Positions 1 through 9,335 of a stretch of DNA of 64,000 nt are shown here, piece by piece. The translations under genes and the position numbers were made by a program. The notes under the pieces are model-generated. The model made no database searches. It had not been told where the DNA came from and saw nothing but the letters and a program-made list of their open reading frames with translations. The stretch covers positions 3,136,001-3,200,000 of the forward strand of contig OY761158.1 in the NCBI GenBank assembly GCA_963664405.1. Reading direction: 5' to 3'. Source of the stretch: Thermoanaerobaculia bacterium (lineage in GTDB: Bacteria; Acidobacteriota; Thermoanaerobaculia; Multivoradales; Multivoraceae). Numbering within the stretch: the first letter of the stretch is position 1; each line of letters begins with the position of its first letter.

Positions 1-1185
1 GCCCTTGGTCGCTCCCAGCAGAGCGAGCTCGCCGCTGTCGAGCATGGCACTCATCGCCCAGCTAGGCAGATCGTCAGCGACGACCCGCCAGCTCTCCCCT
101 TCCGCGACGAGCACCTTCCCGGTCGGCCGACCTGGCACCAGGATCATCGTCTCCTTGCTTCCTACGACCGGTCTTGGAGGGCGGTCGATCGACCAGTCGT
201 CGCTGTCTTCGAGTAGAACCTGGAAGACTCCGCCACTGGCCGATGCTGCGAGCAGCCGCCGATGTCCGCTCGAGGCTTCGCCCCAGATCGTAGTATCGCC
301 GACGTTTGCGGGACCGAAGGTCGGGCAGCCGCGCAGCTCCCACATCGGCGGTCCCAGCCGAGCGGGCGCGCCGAAGGCGCCGCCGAGATCACCGACGACG
401 CGGAAAATGTCCCGGTAGCCGTCTTCGGTGTTGCGAAAGGCGATGACTACCGACTCACTCCGCACCTCGACGTCGATGCGGCAGCAGCCACAGATCGAGT
501 CGGTCTGATCCGCGGTGAGATTCTGCTCGATGGCGATGCCATCCTCGAGCCGCGCATACATCAGCTCGGCGGGCTCCTCTCTGCCTTTCGGGGCGTAACG
601 CCCGTCGATCCAGGCGGCGTGCAGAACGCCTCGGTCATCGACATCGGTGCCGACGAAGCCTCGGTAGATACCCTCGCCCTCATCGGAGTTCCGCTTCACC
701 GACGGCTCGAAGCTGCTCCCGCTATCGCGACTGATCGCTGCCCGGACCTCCCGATCTCGAGTGATCCAGGCAATCCCGACCACGTCGCCGGCCAATCCCA
801 CCTCGGCCCGTGTCTCGTCGAGGTCGACATTCAAGACAGAGTCGGTCTCGTCGTTGATCCGCACCGGCCGGCCGAATGCTCGGCTCGGACCACGGCGTGA
901 GAGGAAGAGGTTCGAGCCGCCGGCGCCCGGTTCCCACCAGACGACGTAGACAGTGTCGTCGTCGGCGAAGGCGAACTGGGGCTGATGGACATCGCGCTCG
1001 CGAAGGAAGGCGAGGCTTTCCATTGGCCCGTAGGTGGGGGCCGGGGAATCGTGTTCAGGCGCGGAGCACCCAACCTGGAGACCACCGAGTAGGCCGCAGA
1101 AAATGAGCCCAGCAAGCGGTTTGTGGGCCCTTCCTCTCACTGCCCCAGGCTCTTTGATCGTAAACATCGTGGTTGTTCTCGTCAT
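1..1185 (-). CDS. BNR/sialidase-like beta-propeller lipoprotein (runs off the left edge)
   Basis: Not in the ORF track because there is no stop in the window. Manual translation gives a lipobox-like LLGGLQVGC, an Asp-box-like SRDSGSSF, and the motifs ICGCCR and WELRGCP. Start uncertain (ATG 1185 or 1167, or a GTG downstream). Confidence 0.65.
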   Translation of the reverse strand, partial: MTRTTTMFTIKEPGAVRGRAHKPLAGLIFCGLLGGLQVGCSAPEHDSPAPTYGPMESLAFLRERDVHQPQFAFADDDTVYVVWWEPGAGGSNLFLSRRGPSRAFGRPVRINDETDSVLNVDLDETRAEVGLAGDVVGIAWITRDREVRAAISRDSGSSFEPSVKRNSDEGEGIYRGFVGTDVDDRGVLHAAWIDGRYAPKGREEPAELMYARLEDGIAIEQNLTADQTDSICGCCRIDVEVRSESVVIAFRNTEDGYRDIFRVVGDLGGAFGAPARLGPPMWELRGCPTFGPANVGDTTIWGEASSGHRRLLAASASGGVFQVLLEDSDDWSIDRPPRPVVGSKETMILVPGRPTGKVLVAEGESWRVVADDLPSWAMSAMLDSGELALLGATKG

Positions 1186-1252
1186 CGAAGGCCCTTCGAG
1201 CCCCGCCTATAGAGGTATCATATTGAGACCCTTTTTTATGTACACAAGTGTG

Positions 1253-1281
1253 TTGACACTGGGCGGAAAGACCGCTATTCT
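1253..1281 (+). promoter_or_regulatory. sigma70-type promoter of the TA operon
   Basis: TTGACA (1253-1258), 17-nt spacer, TATTCT (1276-1281), 8 nt before ATG 1290. Confidence 0.7.
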
Positions 1282-1289
1282 AACGGGCC

Positions 1290-1556
1290 ATGCGAGTCGC
1301 TGGAGTGAGAGAGTTCCGTGCTCATATGGCTGACCTCCTCGGGGGCGATGAGCCTCTCCTGGTTACCCGCCATGGCAAGGTGTCTGGCGTCTATCTGCCG
1401 CTCGAGGAGGCTGATCGGATCCCTCTAGACCTGCGCCTCGAGCTTTCCGCCGTGCTCGGGCGCCATCTGGATCGTCTACTCGTCTCAGCCGGCGTCGACG
1501 ACGCTGAGATCCAGGCGGATTTCGATGCCCATCGCCGCAGTCGTCGCGGACGCTAA
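1290..1556 (+). CDS. Phd/YefM-like antitoxin
   Basis: 88 aa; N-terminus GVREFRAHM...PLLVTRHGK is typical of Phd/YefM; overlaps the PIN gene. Confidence 0.75.
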   Translation: MRVAGVREFRAHMADLLGGDEPLLVTRHGKVSGVYLPLEEADRIPLDLRLELSAVLGRHLDRLLVSAGVDDAEIQADFDAHRRSRRGR

Positions 1557-1947
1557 CGTTCTTCTCTCGGCGGTGCTGGGCGGAGCCGCGTCGAGGGTGA
1601 TCCTCCAGCACGGCGTAGTGGCCCACGTGACCGGCTTCAACGAGGCCGAGGTCGGGGAGTACCTGCCGCGGCTCTGCCGGAAGTTCGATCTTCCTGAGCA
1701 CCTGGTGGCTCTTCAGTGGCAGCTGCTACCTCGGGTCTCTCATGCGGTCGGCGACTATGAAGCTCATCTCGGTTGGGCCGATGAGCGTGTCGGGCTGCGC
1801 GATCCCGATGATGTCCATCCGCTGGCTCTGGCACGAGCTCTGGGGCTCGCTCTGTGGTCGAACGACCGAGACCTGGAAGGACATGGCCTCGCCTGTTATC
1901 CAACCGCGGTACTTCTCGCGCTTCTGGAGAGTGACAGCCGATCATGA
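1525..1947 (+). CDS. PIN-domain (VapC-like) toxin
   Basis: VVADANVLLSA, RDPDDVHPLALA and LWSNDRD acidic PIN motifs. Confidence 0.85.
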   Translation: MPIAAVVADANVLLSAVLGGAASRVILQHGVVAHVTGFNEAEVGEYLPRLCRKFDLPEHLVALQWQLLPRVSHAVGDYEAHLGWADERVGLRDPDDVHPLALARALGLALWSNDRDLEGHGLACYPTAVLLALLESDSRS

Positions 1948-3896
1948 GGCGAGCCTCTTTTGGGGCGCGACCGCTGACCCTGTTGCGGGATGCGGGCGCC
2001 TCGTCGCCACACGGAGCGGATGGAGCCCGCGACGCAGCTCGTGGCTGGCTCTCGTTCGAGGATCCGGTGGAGTCCCTTTCGGCTTGGACTCTGGCCGAGG
2101 TCGAGCCTGTTCTCGCCGCGGTGGAGCGGGGTCTCGATCGCGGCCTCACGGCCGTCGGCATGGTCTGCTACGAGGCGGCACCCGCCTTTGACGAGGCTAT
2201 GATCGCTCGTTCCCTCGACCAGATCCCCTATATGTGGTGGGGGCTCTATCGCGGTGCGACTCCAGTGCCGCGGTCGGCCTTTCGAGCTCTTCTCGAGGGT
2301 GAGCTGGCCGAGCCGGGCGCGACCGACTCCGAGGCCTCGGCGACCGCCGATGGTGATTCCTGGCGCCCTCAGATCGAGCGCGCCAACTACGACCTTTCGG
2401 TGGAGAGGGTTCGAAGTGGTATCGCGAGAGGCGACTTCTACCAGGTGAATCTCACTTTCCCCATCGAGGGGAGGGCTGTCGGCGAGCCGGGTGATGTCAG
2501 GAACGGATCGGTGCTCAGCCTGCTGGGTCGGCTGACGGCAGCACAGGGGCCGACCCTCGGGGCGTTTCTCGATGGCCGGGTGAGCGGCGCTGAGTGGCAG
2601 GTCGTCAGTGCTTCCCCTGAGCTCTTCTTTCGCCTCGACGGCGATCGAATCGAGACTCGTCCGATGAAGGGCACAGCGGCGCGCGGCAGGTGGCTCGAAG
2701 AAGATCTATCGCGCTCTCGCGCGTTGCGCGGAAGCGAGAAGGACCGCGCCGAGAACCTGATGATCGTCGACATGATGCGCAACGATCTCGGTCGCATCGC
2801 TCGCCCCGGCTCGGTCGAGGTCGCCCGCCTGTTCGAGGTCGAGACCTATCCGACGCTCCACCAGTTGACTTCGACGGTCACCGCTCGTACCGGCGCTTCG
2901 CTCTCCGAGCTCCTTCGTGCCCTCTTTCCCGCCGCGTCGATCACCGGAGCGCCAAAACTTGCCGCCATGGAAGCGATCCGTGAGCTCGAGGGCCATCCTC
3001 GGGGCCCCTATACCGGGACCATCGGCTTCATCACTCCGGAGCGGCGAGCGCAGTTCAATGTTGCGATTCGAACCGCCTGGCGCGAGACTCGCGAGCACCC
3101 CTTTCGCTACGGGGTCGGTGGCGGCATCGTCTGGGACTCCCGCCCGGCCGACGAGTACCGAGAGTGTCAGACCAAGGCTCTGGTGCTGGCGCAAGAAGTC
3201 CGCAAGCACGATCTACTCGAGTCGCTGCTTTGGATGCGTCAGGGTGGTTATCGCTTCCTCACGGATCATCTCGAGCGATTGCGCTGCTCGGCACGCTATT
3301 TCGACTATCGCTATGACGAAGGCAGGGTTCGGCTCGCTCTGGTCGCCCAGGCCCGAGAGTTGGAAGCTGCCTGGTGGCGGAGCGAGGGCCCCGACAGCGC
3401 TAAGGTGCGCTTGCTTCTCAGCCCCGAGGGTGAAGTCGCGACCGAGAGTGAGCCCGTCCTTTCCGCCGAGAATGGATCGAATGCTGGGGGTCGGCCCTTG
3501 GTGAAGTTGGTGCTCGATTCTTCGCCGGTCGACTCGACGAGCAAGTGGCTCTTTCATAAAACCACTCATCGTCGCGTCTACGAAGAAGCGCTCGCCCGAG
3601 CTCGGACCGACTTCCCGGATTGCGACGACGTTCTATTGATGAACGAAAGGGGCGAGCTGACCGAGTCGACGCGTTCGAATGTCCTCGTACTCCTCGATTC
3701 GAAGTGGCTCACGCCGCCGATCTCGAGTGGCCTGCTGGCGGGCGTATTCCGTAAGCGTCTGCTCCTGAAAGGGTGGCTCAACGAGAGCGTCCTCACCGTC
3801 GCGGACTTCCATCGCGCCGAAAGAGTGCTGCTCGTCAACTCGGTGAGGGGCTTCATGGAAGTCGACCTGTGCGGCTGGCCAAAGCCGGGTTGCTAA
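1944..3896 (+). CDS. pabB: Aminodeoxychorismate synthase component I fused to a class IV aminotransferase/ADC lyase (PabB-PabC)
   Basis: SPELFF, RPMKGT, ENLMIVD..RNDL and SITGAPK motifs; C-terminal HKTT, GELTE..RSN and GLLAGV motifs. Confidence 0.9.
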   Translation: MRRASFGARPLTLLRDAGASSPHGADGARDAARGWLSFEDPVESLSAWTLAEVEPVLAAVERGLDRGLTAVGMVCYEAAPAFDEAMIARSLDQIPYMWWGLYRGATPVPRSAFRALLEGELAEPGATDSEASATADGDSWRPQIERANYDLSVERVRSGIARGDFYQVNLTFPIEGRAVGEPGDVRNGSVLSLLGRLTAAQGPTLGAFLDGRVSGAEWQVVSASPELFFRLDGDRIETRPMKGTAARGRWLEEDLSRSRALRGSEKDRAENLMIVDMMRNDLGRIARPGSVEVARLFEVETYPTLHQLTSTVTARTGASLSELLRALFPAASITGAPKLAAMEAIRELEGHPRGPYTGTIGFITPERRAQFNVAIRTAWRETREHPFRYGVGGGIVWDSRPADEYRECQTKALVLAQEVRKHDLLESLLWMRQGGYRFLTDHLERLRCSARYFDYRYDEGRVRLALVAQARELEAAWWRSEGPDSAKVRLLLSPEGEVATESEPVLSAENGSNAGGRPLVKLVLDSSPVDSTSKWLFHKTTHRRVYEEALARARTDFPDCDDVLLMNERGELTESTRSNVLVLLDSKWLTPPISSGLLAGVFRKRLLLKGWLNESVLTVADFHRAERVLLVNSVRGFMEVDLCGWPKPGC

Positions 3897-3947
3897 GATG
3901 CATCCGACCCGAAGAGCAAGCTGATCGCCGGACCCGGAGGACCCCCG

Positions 3948-6782
3948 ATGGAAAGAAAGACCCGCGTTGCAACCCTGGTCGTGACGGCGGCGGCACTGCT
4001 ACTGCAACCGTCCGAAGCTCACCCACAGCCGTCCGTCTCACTCGGCGCCGAAGGAGTCAATTCGGTTCTGATCCGCTTGGGCGTGACGGATACCGAGCCG
4101 CGAGACTGGGATGGCTCGATCGCCGTGTCTGGCGGCGAACTACTGGGCGTGCGCGACTGGCACCCTCGTCCGGGCCACGAAGTCACCAGCAGCGCCTGGA
4201 AGCTCGCCTCCTATCAGGGGCCGAATTGGCGTTGGCGTGCCTGGGAAGAGACGCCACCGGTCGGCCCCATCGAATACCTCCGCTCACCCGGGGTCATCGT
4301 CGACGTGAGAGGCAGTGCGAGCTCCCGGCTCCGAGTCGAGACGCAGAACGGCGACTTCGACTTTCGCCTCGGAGACGTCGCTGTGGGTCGCAGCCTGCTT
4401 CTGCTCGGGGGTAGTGTGACGGTCGACCTCGTCGCCGCGGCGGAGCGGCTCTCCTCGAACGACTACGAGAACGACTACGCCACCGTACTCGGCAGCGACT
4501 CGGGTGAAGTCTGGACCGCCTGGATCGGTTATCGAAACAGTGGCAACGAGATCCTGGCTCGCCGCTTCGATGGACAGCACTGGGGCGATACCCAGCCGAT
4601 CTCCGAGAAGCCGGGTGACTACTATCTGGTCAAGATGGGCCGCGACGGCAAGGGCCGGCCGTGGGCAGTCTGGTCCGCGCAGGTTGACGGTAACTGGGAT
4701 CTCTACGCCCGCCACTTGGAGGGTAGTTCGTGGTCGGCGACCGAGCGTCTGACCACCAACCCTCAGCAGGACATCTTTCACAACCTGGTTTCCGACGCCA
4801 AGGGCAACCTCTGGCTCACCTGGCAGGGCTTCCGTAACGGCACCTCGGATGTTTTGGCCCGTCGTTTCGATGGATCGCGGTGGTCGCGGGAAGAGAAGGT
4901 CTCCTCCTCGCCCGCCAACGATTGGGAGCCCGTGATCGTCGCCGATTCCAAGGGCGCGGTCTACGTCGGCTGGGACAGTTACGGCGCCGGCAATTACGAC
5001 GTCCTGATGCGGAAGTGGGCCGACGGCAAGTGGGGCGACGAAGTGAGTGTCGCCACCACCCCCAAGTACGAGGCTCACATCAGCCTGGCCGTCGACAATC
5101 AGGACCGGATCTGGGCGGCCTGGAACGAAAGCGGCGTCAACTGGGGGAAAGACACCGGCTGGGTGCTCAATCGCGAAGGGACCCGCCTCTACCAGTGGCG
5201 CGCGATCGGGCTCGGTATCTACGATGACTCGGGCTGGAGGGCGCCGGCGAGCGACGTCAATGCAGCCTTGCCCGAGGAGCTGCGGGGCTACAACGACTTT
5301 CCCAAGCTCTTTCCCGACGCCGACGGACGCGTCTGGCTTTACTTCCGCCACCGCACTACCCGGATCGGCGACATCCCCAGCGACGCGCCGGCCCATCGCG
5401 CGGCTTGGGAGATCTGGGGCACCACCCTCGAAGGCAGTCGTTGGTCACAGCCGCTGCACTTTCCTCGGACGGGCTTCCGTCAGGATGCCCGATGGGGCCT
5501 CGCTGCCGACGGGGAGGGGAATGTATGGGCGGGCTGGCCGATGGACAACCGCGACTACGAGGAGTTCCTGTTCGAGCACGCTGACGTCTATGCCGCGAAG
5601 CTGCCGAAGTTGGAAACGACTCCCACCGCGCCAACGCTGGTGGCCCGCGTCGAAGAGGAGATTCCCGCCTACGCGATCCATCTCGAAGAAGAGAAGGACC
5701 TGGCGGCGATTCGCGCATACGAGATCAAGTCCGAGGGCAAGACTTACCGCATCTATCGCGGCGACACCCATCGCCACAGCGAGATCTCGATGGACGGCAA
5801 CAACGATGGATCGTTGCTGCAGACCTACCGCTACGCCATCGATGCGGCGCAGCTCGATTTCCTGCTCGCCAGCGAGCACAACCCGCTGGGTGGCCCTGAC
5901 ATCGACTACATCAACTGGCTGCTGCAGCAGACCGCCGACGTGCTGTCAGTCTCCGACGCCTTCCAGCCCTTTTATGGCTACGAGCGCAGCCTGCGCTACC
6001 CCAACGGCCATCGCAACATCCTGTTTGCGTCGCGCGGCAACCCAACACTGCCTATTTCTGACGCGGAGAGGATCGGTGAGGAAGGCTCGGAACGCCTCTA
6101 CGAGTACCTCAGGAAATATGACGGCATCGCGATCTCCCACACGTCGGCTTCTTCCGGCATGGGAACCGATTGGCGCGACAACGACCCGGAGGTCGAGCCG
6201 CTGGTCGAGATTTACCAGGGCGACCGCGTCTCCAATGAGTACGAAGGCGCGCCGCGAGCGGCTTACGGCGAGAACCTGCGCTCCGCACCCGGTGGCTTTC
6301 AGCGCGCTGGCTTCGTCTGGAACGCCTGGGCCAAGGGCTACAAGCTCGGTGTGCAGGCGGCCTCGGATCATCTTTCCACCCACATCTCCTACGCCTGCAC
6401 CATCGCCGAGGAATTCACCCGCGAGGGCATGCTCGAGGCGATGAAGAAGCGCCACAGCTACGGCGCTACCGACAACATCATCCTCGACTACCGCCTGCAG
6501 GCCGACGGCAAAGAGTACCTACAGGGTGACATCGTGAGCGTGAACGGCGACTTTCGACTGTCGGTCAAGGTCATCGGCACCAGCCCGATCCGCCAGATCG
6601 ACGTCATCCGCGACCAGACCTTCGTTCACAATCGCCAGAACCTGGGACAGGAGACGAGCTTCAGCTTCGTGGATAACGAAGCCGAGGCGGGCGAGCACTA
6701 CTACTATGTGCGGGTTCTCCAGAACGACGGCAACCTGGCTTGGTCGTCCCCGATCTGGGTCAGCTCCGGGGATGCTCAGTAG
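3948..6782 (+). CDS. Secreted protein with beta-propeller repeats and a C-terminal PHP-like (DUF3604/CehA-like) metallohydrolase domain
   Basis: Signal peptide; repeated W-rich units (RRFDG..W); GDTHRHS, GHRN, ISHT and ASDH metal-binding motifs; ends YYYVRV.Q.DG..AWSSPIWV. Confidence 0.7.
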   Translation: MERKTRVATLVVTAAALLLQPSEAHPQPSVSLGAEGVNSVLIRLGVTDTEPRDWDGSIAVSGGELLGVRDWHPRPGHEVTSSAWKLASYQGPNWRWRAWEETPPVGPIEYLRSPGVIVDVRGSASSRLRVETQNGDFDFRLGDVAVGRSLLLLGGSVTVDLVAAAERLSSNDYENDYATVLGSDSGEVWTAWIGYRNSGNEILARRFDGQHWGDTQPISEKPGDYYLVKMGRDGKGRPWAVWSAQVDGNWDLYARHLEGSSWSATERLTTNPQQDIFHNLVSDAKGNLWLTWQGFRNGTSDVLARRFDGSRWSREEKVSSSPANDWEPVIVADSKGAVYVGWDSYGAGNYDVLMRKWADGKWGDEVSVATTPKYEAHISLAVDNQDRIWAAWNESGVNWGKDTGWVLNREGTRLYQWRAIGLGIYDDSGWRAPASDVNAALPEELRGYNDFPKLFPDADGRVWLYFRHRTTRIGDIPSDAPAHRAAWEIWGTTLEGSRWSQPLHFPRTGFRQDARWGLAADGEGNVWAGWPMDNRDYEEFLFEHADVYAAKLPKLETTPTAPTLVARVEEEIPAYAIHLEEEKDLAAIRAYEIKSEGKTYRIYRGDTHRHSEISMDGNNDGSLLQTYRYAIDAAQLDFLLASEHNPLGGPDIDYINWLLQQTADVLSVSDAFQPFYGYERSLRYPNGHRNILFASRGNPTLPISDAERIGEEGSERLYEYLRKYDGIAISHTSASSGMGTDWRDNDPEVEPLVEIYQGDRVSNEYEGAPRAAYGENLRSAPGGFQRAGFVWNAWAKGYKLGVQAASDHLSTHISYACTIAEEFTREGMLEAMKKRHSYGATDNIILDYRLQADGKEYLQGDIVSVNGDFRLSVKVIGTSPIRQIDVIRDQTFVHNRQNLGQETSFSFVDNEAEAGEHYYYVRVLQNDGNLAWSSPIWVSSGDAQ

Positions 6783-6804
6783 CATCCCCTACGCTGACTT
6801 GTCT

Positions 6805-6825
6805 TTGGCGCCGAGGACGGCGCAC
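6805..6825 (+). repeat. REP-like hairpin motif A (GCGCCG-AGGA-CGGCGC)
   Basis: Exact 21-bp reverse complement of 9269-9289; the core also occurs at 53038-53055. Confidence 0.75.
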
Positions 6826-6908
6826 TTGGGCGTTGCTTCCTATCCGCTCCGGGGAACGGTGCCGGCAGATTCTGCGGGTCTTCGGGCCGGTCGTCACCGA
6901 TCTCGGCG

Positions 6909-9230
6909 CTAGAACAAATCCAACTGGGTGTCGTCGCCGATCACCTTCTCGAAACGGCTGCCGTCGAGATCGAGAATCGGAGTGGCGATCGGTTGGATCT
7001 GACGCTTGACGTAGTGCTCGTAATCGAGGGGTGAGCTCTGCTGGTCGGCGGGCTCGGGCCCAGCGACAGTGATGACGTAATCGATGAGGGCGCCCGGCCT
7101 GGCGCCCATCTTTCGCGCCGCCACGACGTGGGGAGGGGTGGTCGTGGTGTATTCCTCTACGCCCTTGCGAAGCGCCTTGCGGTAGGTCAGAAGCTGGTCG
7201 TGCTCGCCCTGGCGAAGCTGTTCGACCGTCTCGCGGAGATAGCTCGTTACCGGCCGGCCGTGAAAGAAGCGCTCGTAGAGCTCCCGTTGCACTTGGCGAG
7301 CCAGGTCGGTCCAATCGCGCCGCACAGCCTCCATTCCGGTGAAGACCACATTTCCCTCTTCGGTGAGCCCCACATAGTGCTTCATGGCGCCACCCTCTCC
7401 GTGGCGCTTGCGCGGGAAAAGGAGACGGAGATAGAGGCGCTCGAACTCCAGCTCGAGCCGGCTGGAGACTCCCCACTTCTCATCGACATGCTCGCTGAGC
7501 TCGCGGTTGAGATCTCGCGTAAGCTCGCGAGCCACCCCATGAGCGGCATCGACATCGTCGACGCCGGCGGAGACGAAGAGGCTGTCGGTGTCGCCGTAGA
7601 GGACGCGATAGCCCTTGCCTTCCACGACCCCCTTCGACCACAGCAGAATCTCGCGGCCGAAGCTGGTGATGGCAGCCGCCAGCTTGGGGTTGTAAAAACG
7701 GCATGCCGAGGTGCCGAGAACTCCGTAAAAAGAGTTCATCAGGATTTTGATCGCCTGGCTGGCAACGGCGTTGTTTCGCTTCTTGGCCTCCTCTCTGTGC
7801 TCGAAGAGGTGATCGAGAAGATCGCTCAGAATTCCTTTGCGCCGACGAAAGGTGGCGCCATTGGGGGCGACTACCCCCGCGGCCGAGACGTCGGGCCCCG
7901 AGCCCAGATATCCCAGCGGATCGATCTCGAAGGTGCGGATGATGCTGGGGTAGAGACTCTTGTAGTCGAAGACCAGGACCTTTTCGTAGAGGCCGGCCTC
8001 AGGCGGAATGAGAGTGCCTCCGAAGTTGTCGGCTTCGGGCTGGGAAGCGCCGACACTGGGAGCCGCGCGCCCTCGCTTTGCAAGCTCCGAGAGATAGAGA
8101 AAGTCGAAGGAGGCGATCGATGCCGACACTCGATCGAGTGGCATGCCGGTGAGCAGGCTGCGCTCAACAGTGAGGTTGAGGAGGTCGAGATGATCGAGTA
8201 TGTCCAATACCAGCTGCGCGTCGCGGATGTTGTAGCGAACGAAGGCTTCTCGGTCTTCGCGAAAGGTACGCAGGATCTCTCCTACTCGGTCGCTTCCGTG
8301 GATGGTCTTGCCCTCGCCGCCGAGCACCTCGCGCGAGACGAAGTCGAGAGAGTAGCTCTCCATGCGCACGAAGGCGCCCCGCAGGAGTCGGATGCCGTCG
8401 AGCACCACCCGGCCAGGGATGCTCGCCTGATCCATCGTGTGGTCGCCGCTTCGCTCGCGATTGGCGTAGACCCTCAGCTCTCCGGGCCCTCGACCGAGCT
8501 CGAGGCGGATACCGAGGTCTCTTGCGCGGTTGAGCAGAAAGTGGAGATCGAATCCGATGACGTTCCAACCGGTGACGATGTCGGGATCGAGATCATGGAG
8601 ACGGCGCACGAAGGCGCGGAGGAGGCTCGCTTCGGAGGCAAAATGGGTCGACTCCGGGGGTGCCTGCTGCTCCGGATCTCCGAGCAGGAGAGCCTCGGAG
8701 ACTCCACAGCCGCACAGCGCCACCGACAGCAATCTGTTTTTGCGAGGGTCGGTCTCGATGTCGATGGAGAGTGTCGAGAGAGTGGGACGACAGTCGGCGG
8801 GCTCGATTTTCGGATTGTCGAAGACGAGGTCGGTGCCGTCGCCTGGCTGGGCGGGTCCCTGGATTCGACACGCGCTGCGGATGCCATGGTCGATGAGAAA
8901 GCGCATGGCGAATCGAACATCGGCCTCGAGGCAGGCGACGCCGGCGCCGACCAAGCGGTCTCGAAGAGGGGGAGCGTCGGCAGGCTTGACAACCTCTACG
9001 CGAAGGAGTGCACGATCCACCAGATCCACCCTCTGGGTAGGAAGGATTGCGTTCGCGCCCAGGGCCCGGGCTCGATCTTCGTCGCTCTTGAGAATGAAGA
9101 AGTGGGGACGCTGGTGGGTGTCGCGCACCAAGAAGGTCTTGCCATCTTGGAGCTTGCCGAAGAGATGCACGACCGGCCGATCATGCTCGATGCGGTAGGT
9201 AGGCTGTAGTATCAACCCGTGGCCGACCAT
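6909..9230 (-). CDS. polB: DNA polymerase II (family B)
   Basis: Exonuclease motifs DIET and GWNVIGFD; polymerase motifs DYKSLYPS, KILMNSFYG and YGDTDS. Confidence 0.95.
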   Translation of the reverse strand: MVGHGLILQPTYRIEHDRPVVHLFGKLQDGKTFLVRDTHQRPHFFILKSDEDRARALGANAILPTQRVDLVDRALLRVEVVKPADAPPLRDRLVGAGVACLEADVRFAMRFLIDHGIRSACRIQGPAQPGDGTDLVFDNPKIEPADCRPTLSTLSIDIETDPRKNRLLSVALCGCGVSEALLLGDPEQQAPPESTHFASEASLLRAFVRRLHDLDPDIVTGWNVIGFDLHFLLNRARDLGIRLELGRGPGELRVYANRERSGDHTMDQASIPGRVVLDGIRLLRGAFVRMESYSLDFVSREVLGGEGKTIHGSDRVGEILRTFREDREAFVRYNIRDAQLVLDILDHLDLLNLTVERSLLTGMPLDRVSASIASFDFLYLSELAKRGRAAPSVGASQPEADNFGGTLIPPEAGLYEKVLVFDYKSLYPSIIRTFEIDPLGYLGSGPDVSAAGVVAPNGATFRRRKGILSDLLDHLFEHREEAKKRNNAVASQAIKILMNSFYGVLGTSACRFYNPKLAAAITSFGREILLWSKGVVEGKGYRVLYGDTDSLFVSAGVDDVDAAHGVARELTRDLNRELSEHVDEKWGVSSRLELEFERLYLRLLFPRKRHGEGGAMKHYVGLTEEGNVVFTGMEAVRRDWTDLARQVQRELYERFFHGRPVTSYLRETVEQLRQGEHDQLLTYRKALRKGVEEYTTTTPPHVVAARKMGARPGALIDYVITVAGPEPADQQSSPLDYEHYVKRQIQPIATPILDLDGSRFEKVIGDDTQLDLF

Positions 9231-9248
9231 TGGCCCATTTACTCCCGA

Positions 9249-9335
9249 TGCGCCGTCCTCGCCTCTGGGTGCGCCGTCCTCGGCGCCAACAGCAATCTAG
9301 TTTTGGGAATGGTATTCACCATTCCCAAAACTAGA
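9249..9335 (-). repeat. Composite REP-like element (motif A, a partial second copy, and palindrome B); possible traB terminator
   Basis: TGCGCCGTCCTCG at 9249 and 9270; perfect 18-bp inverted repeat 9296-9313/9318-9335 overlapping the traB stop. Confidence 0.7.

Noticed and set aside
7128-9209. 693-aa antisense ORF over polB, and similar long shadow ORFs (15872-17854, 24631-25845, 57952-59157)
   Set aside because: These are antisense frames of well-supported genes, expected in high-GC DNA, and carry no motifs.
6805-9289. polB as a transposon-like cassette bounded by 21-bp perfect inverted repeats
   Set aside because: The same motif occurs at 53038 beside ftsZ, and there is no target duplication or transposase. 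A dispersed REP-like repeat explains it better.
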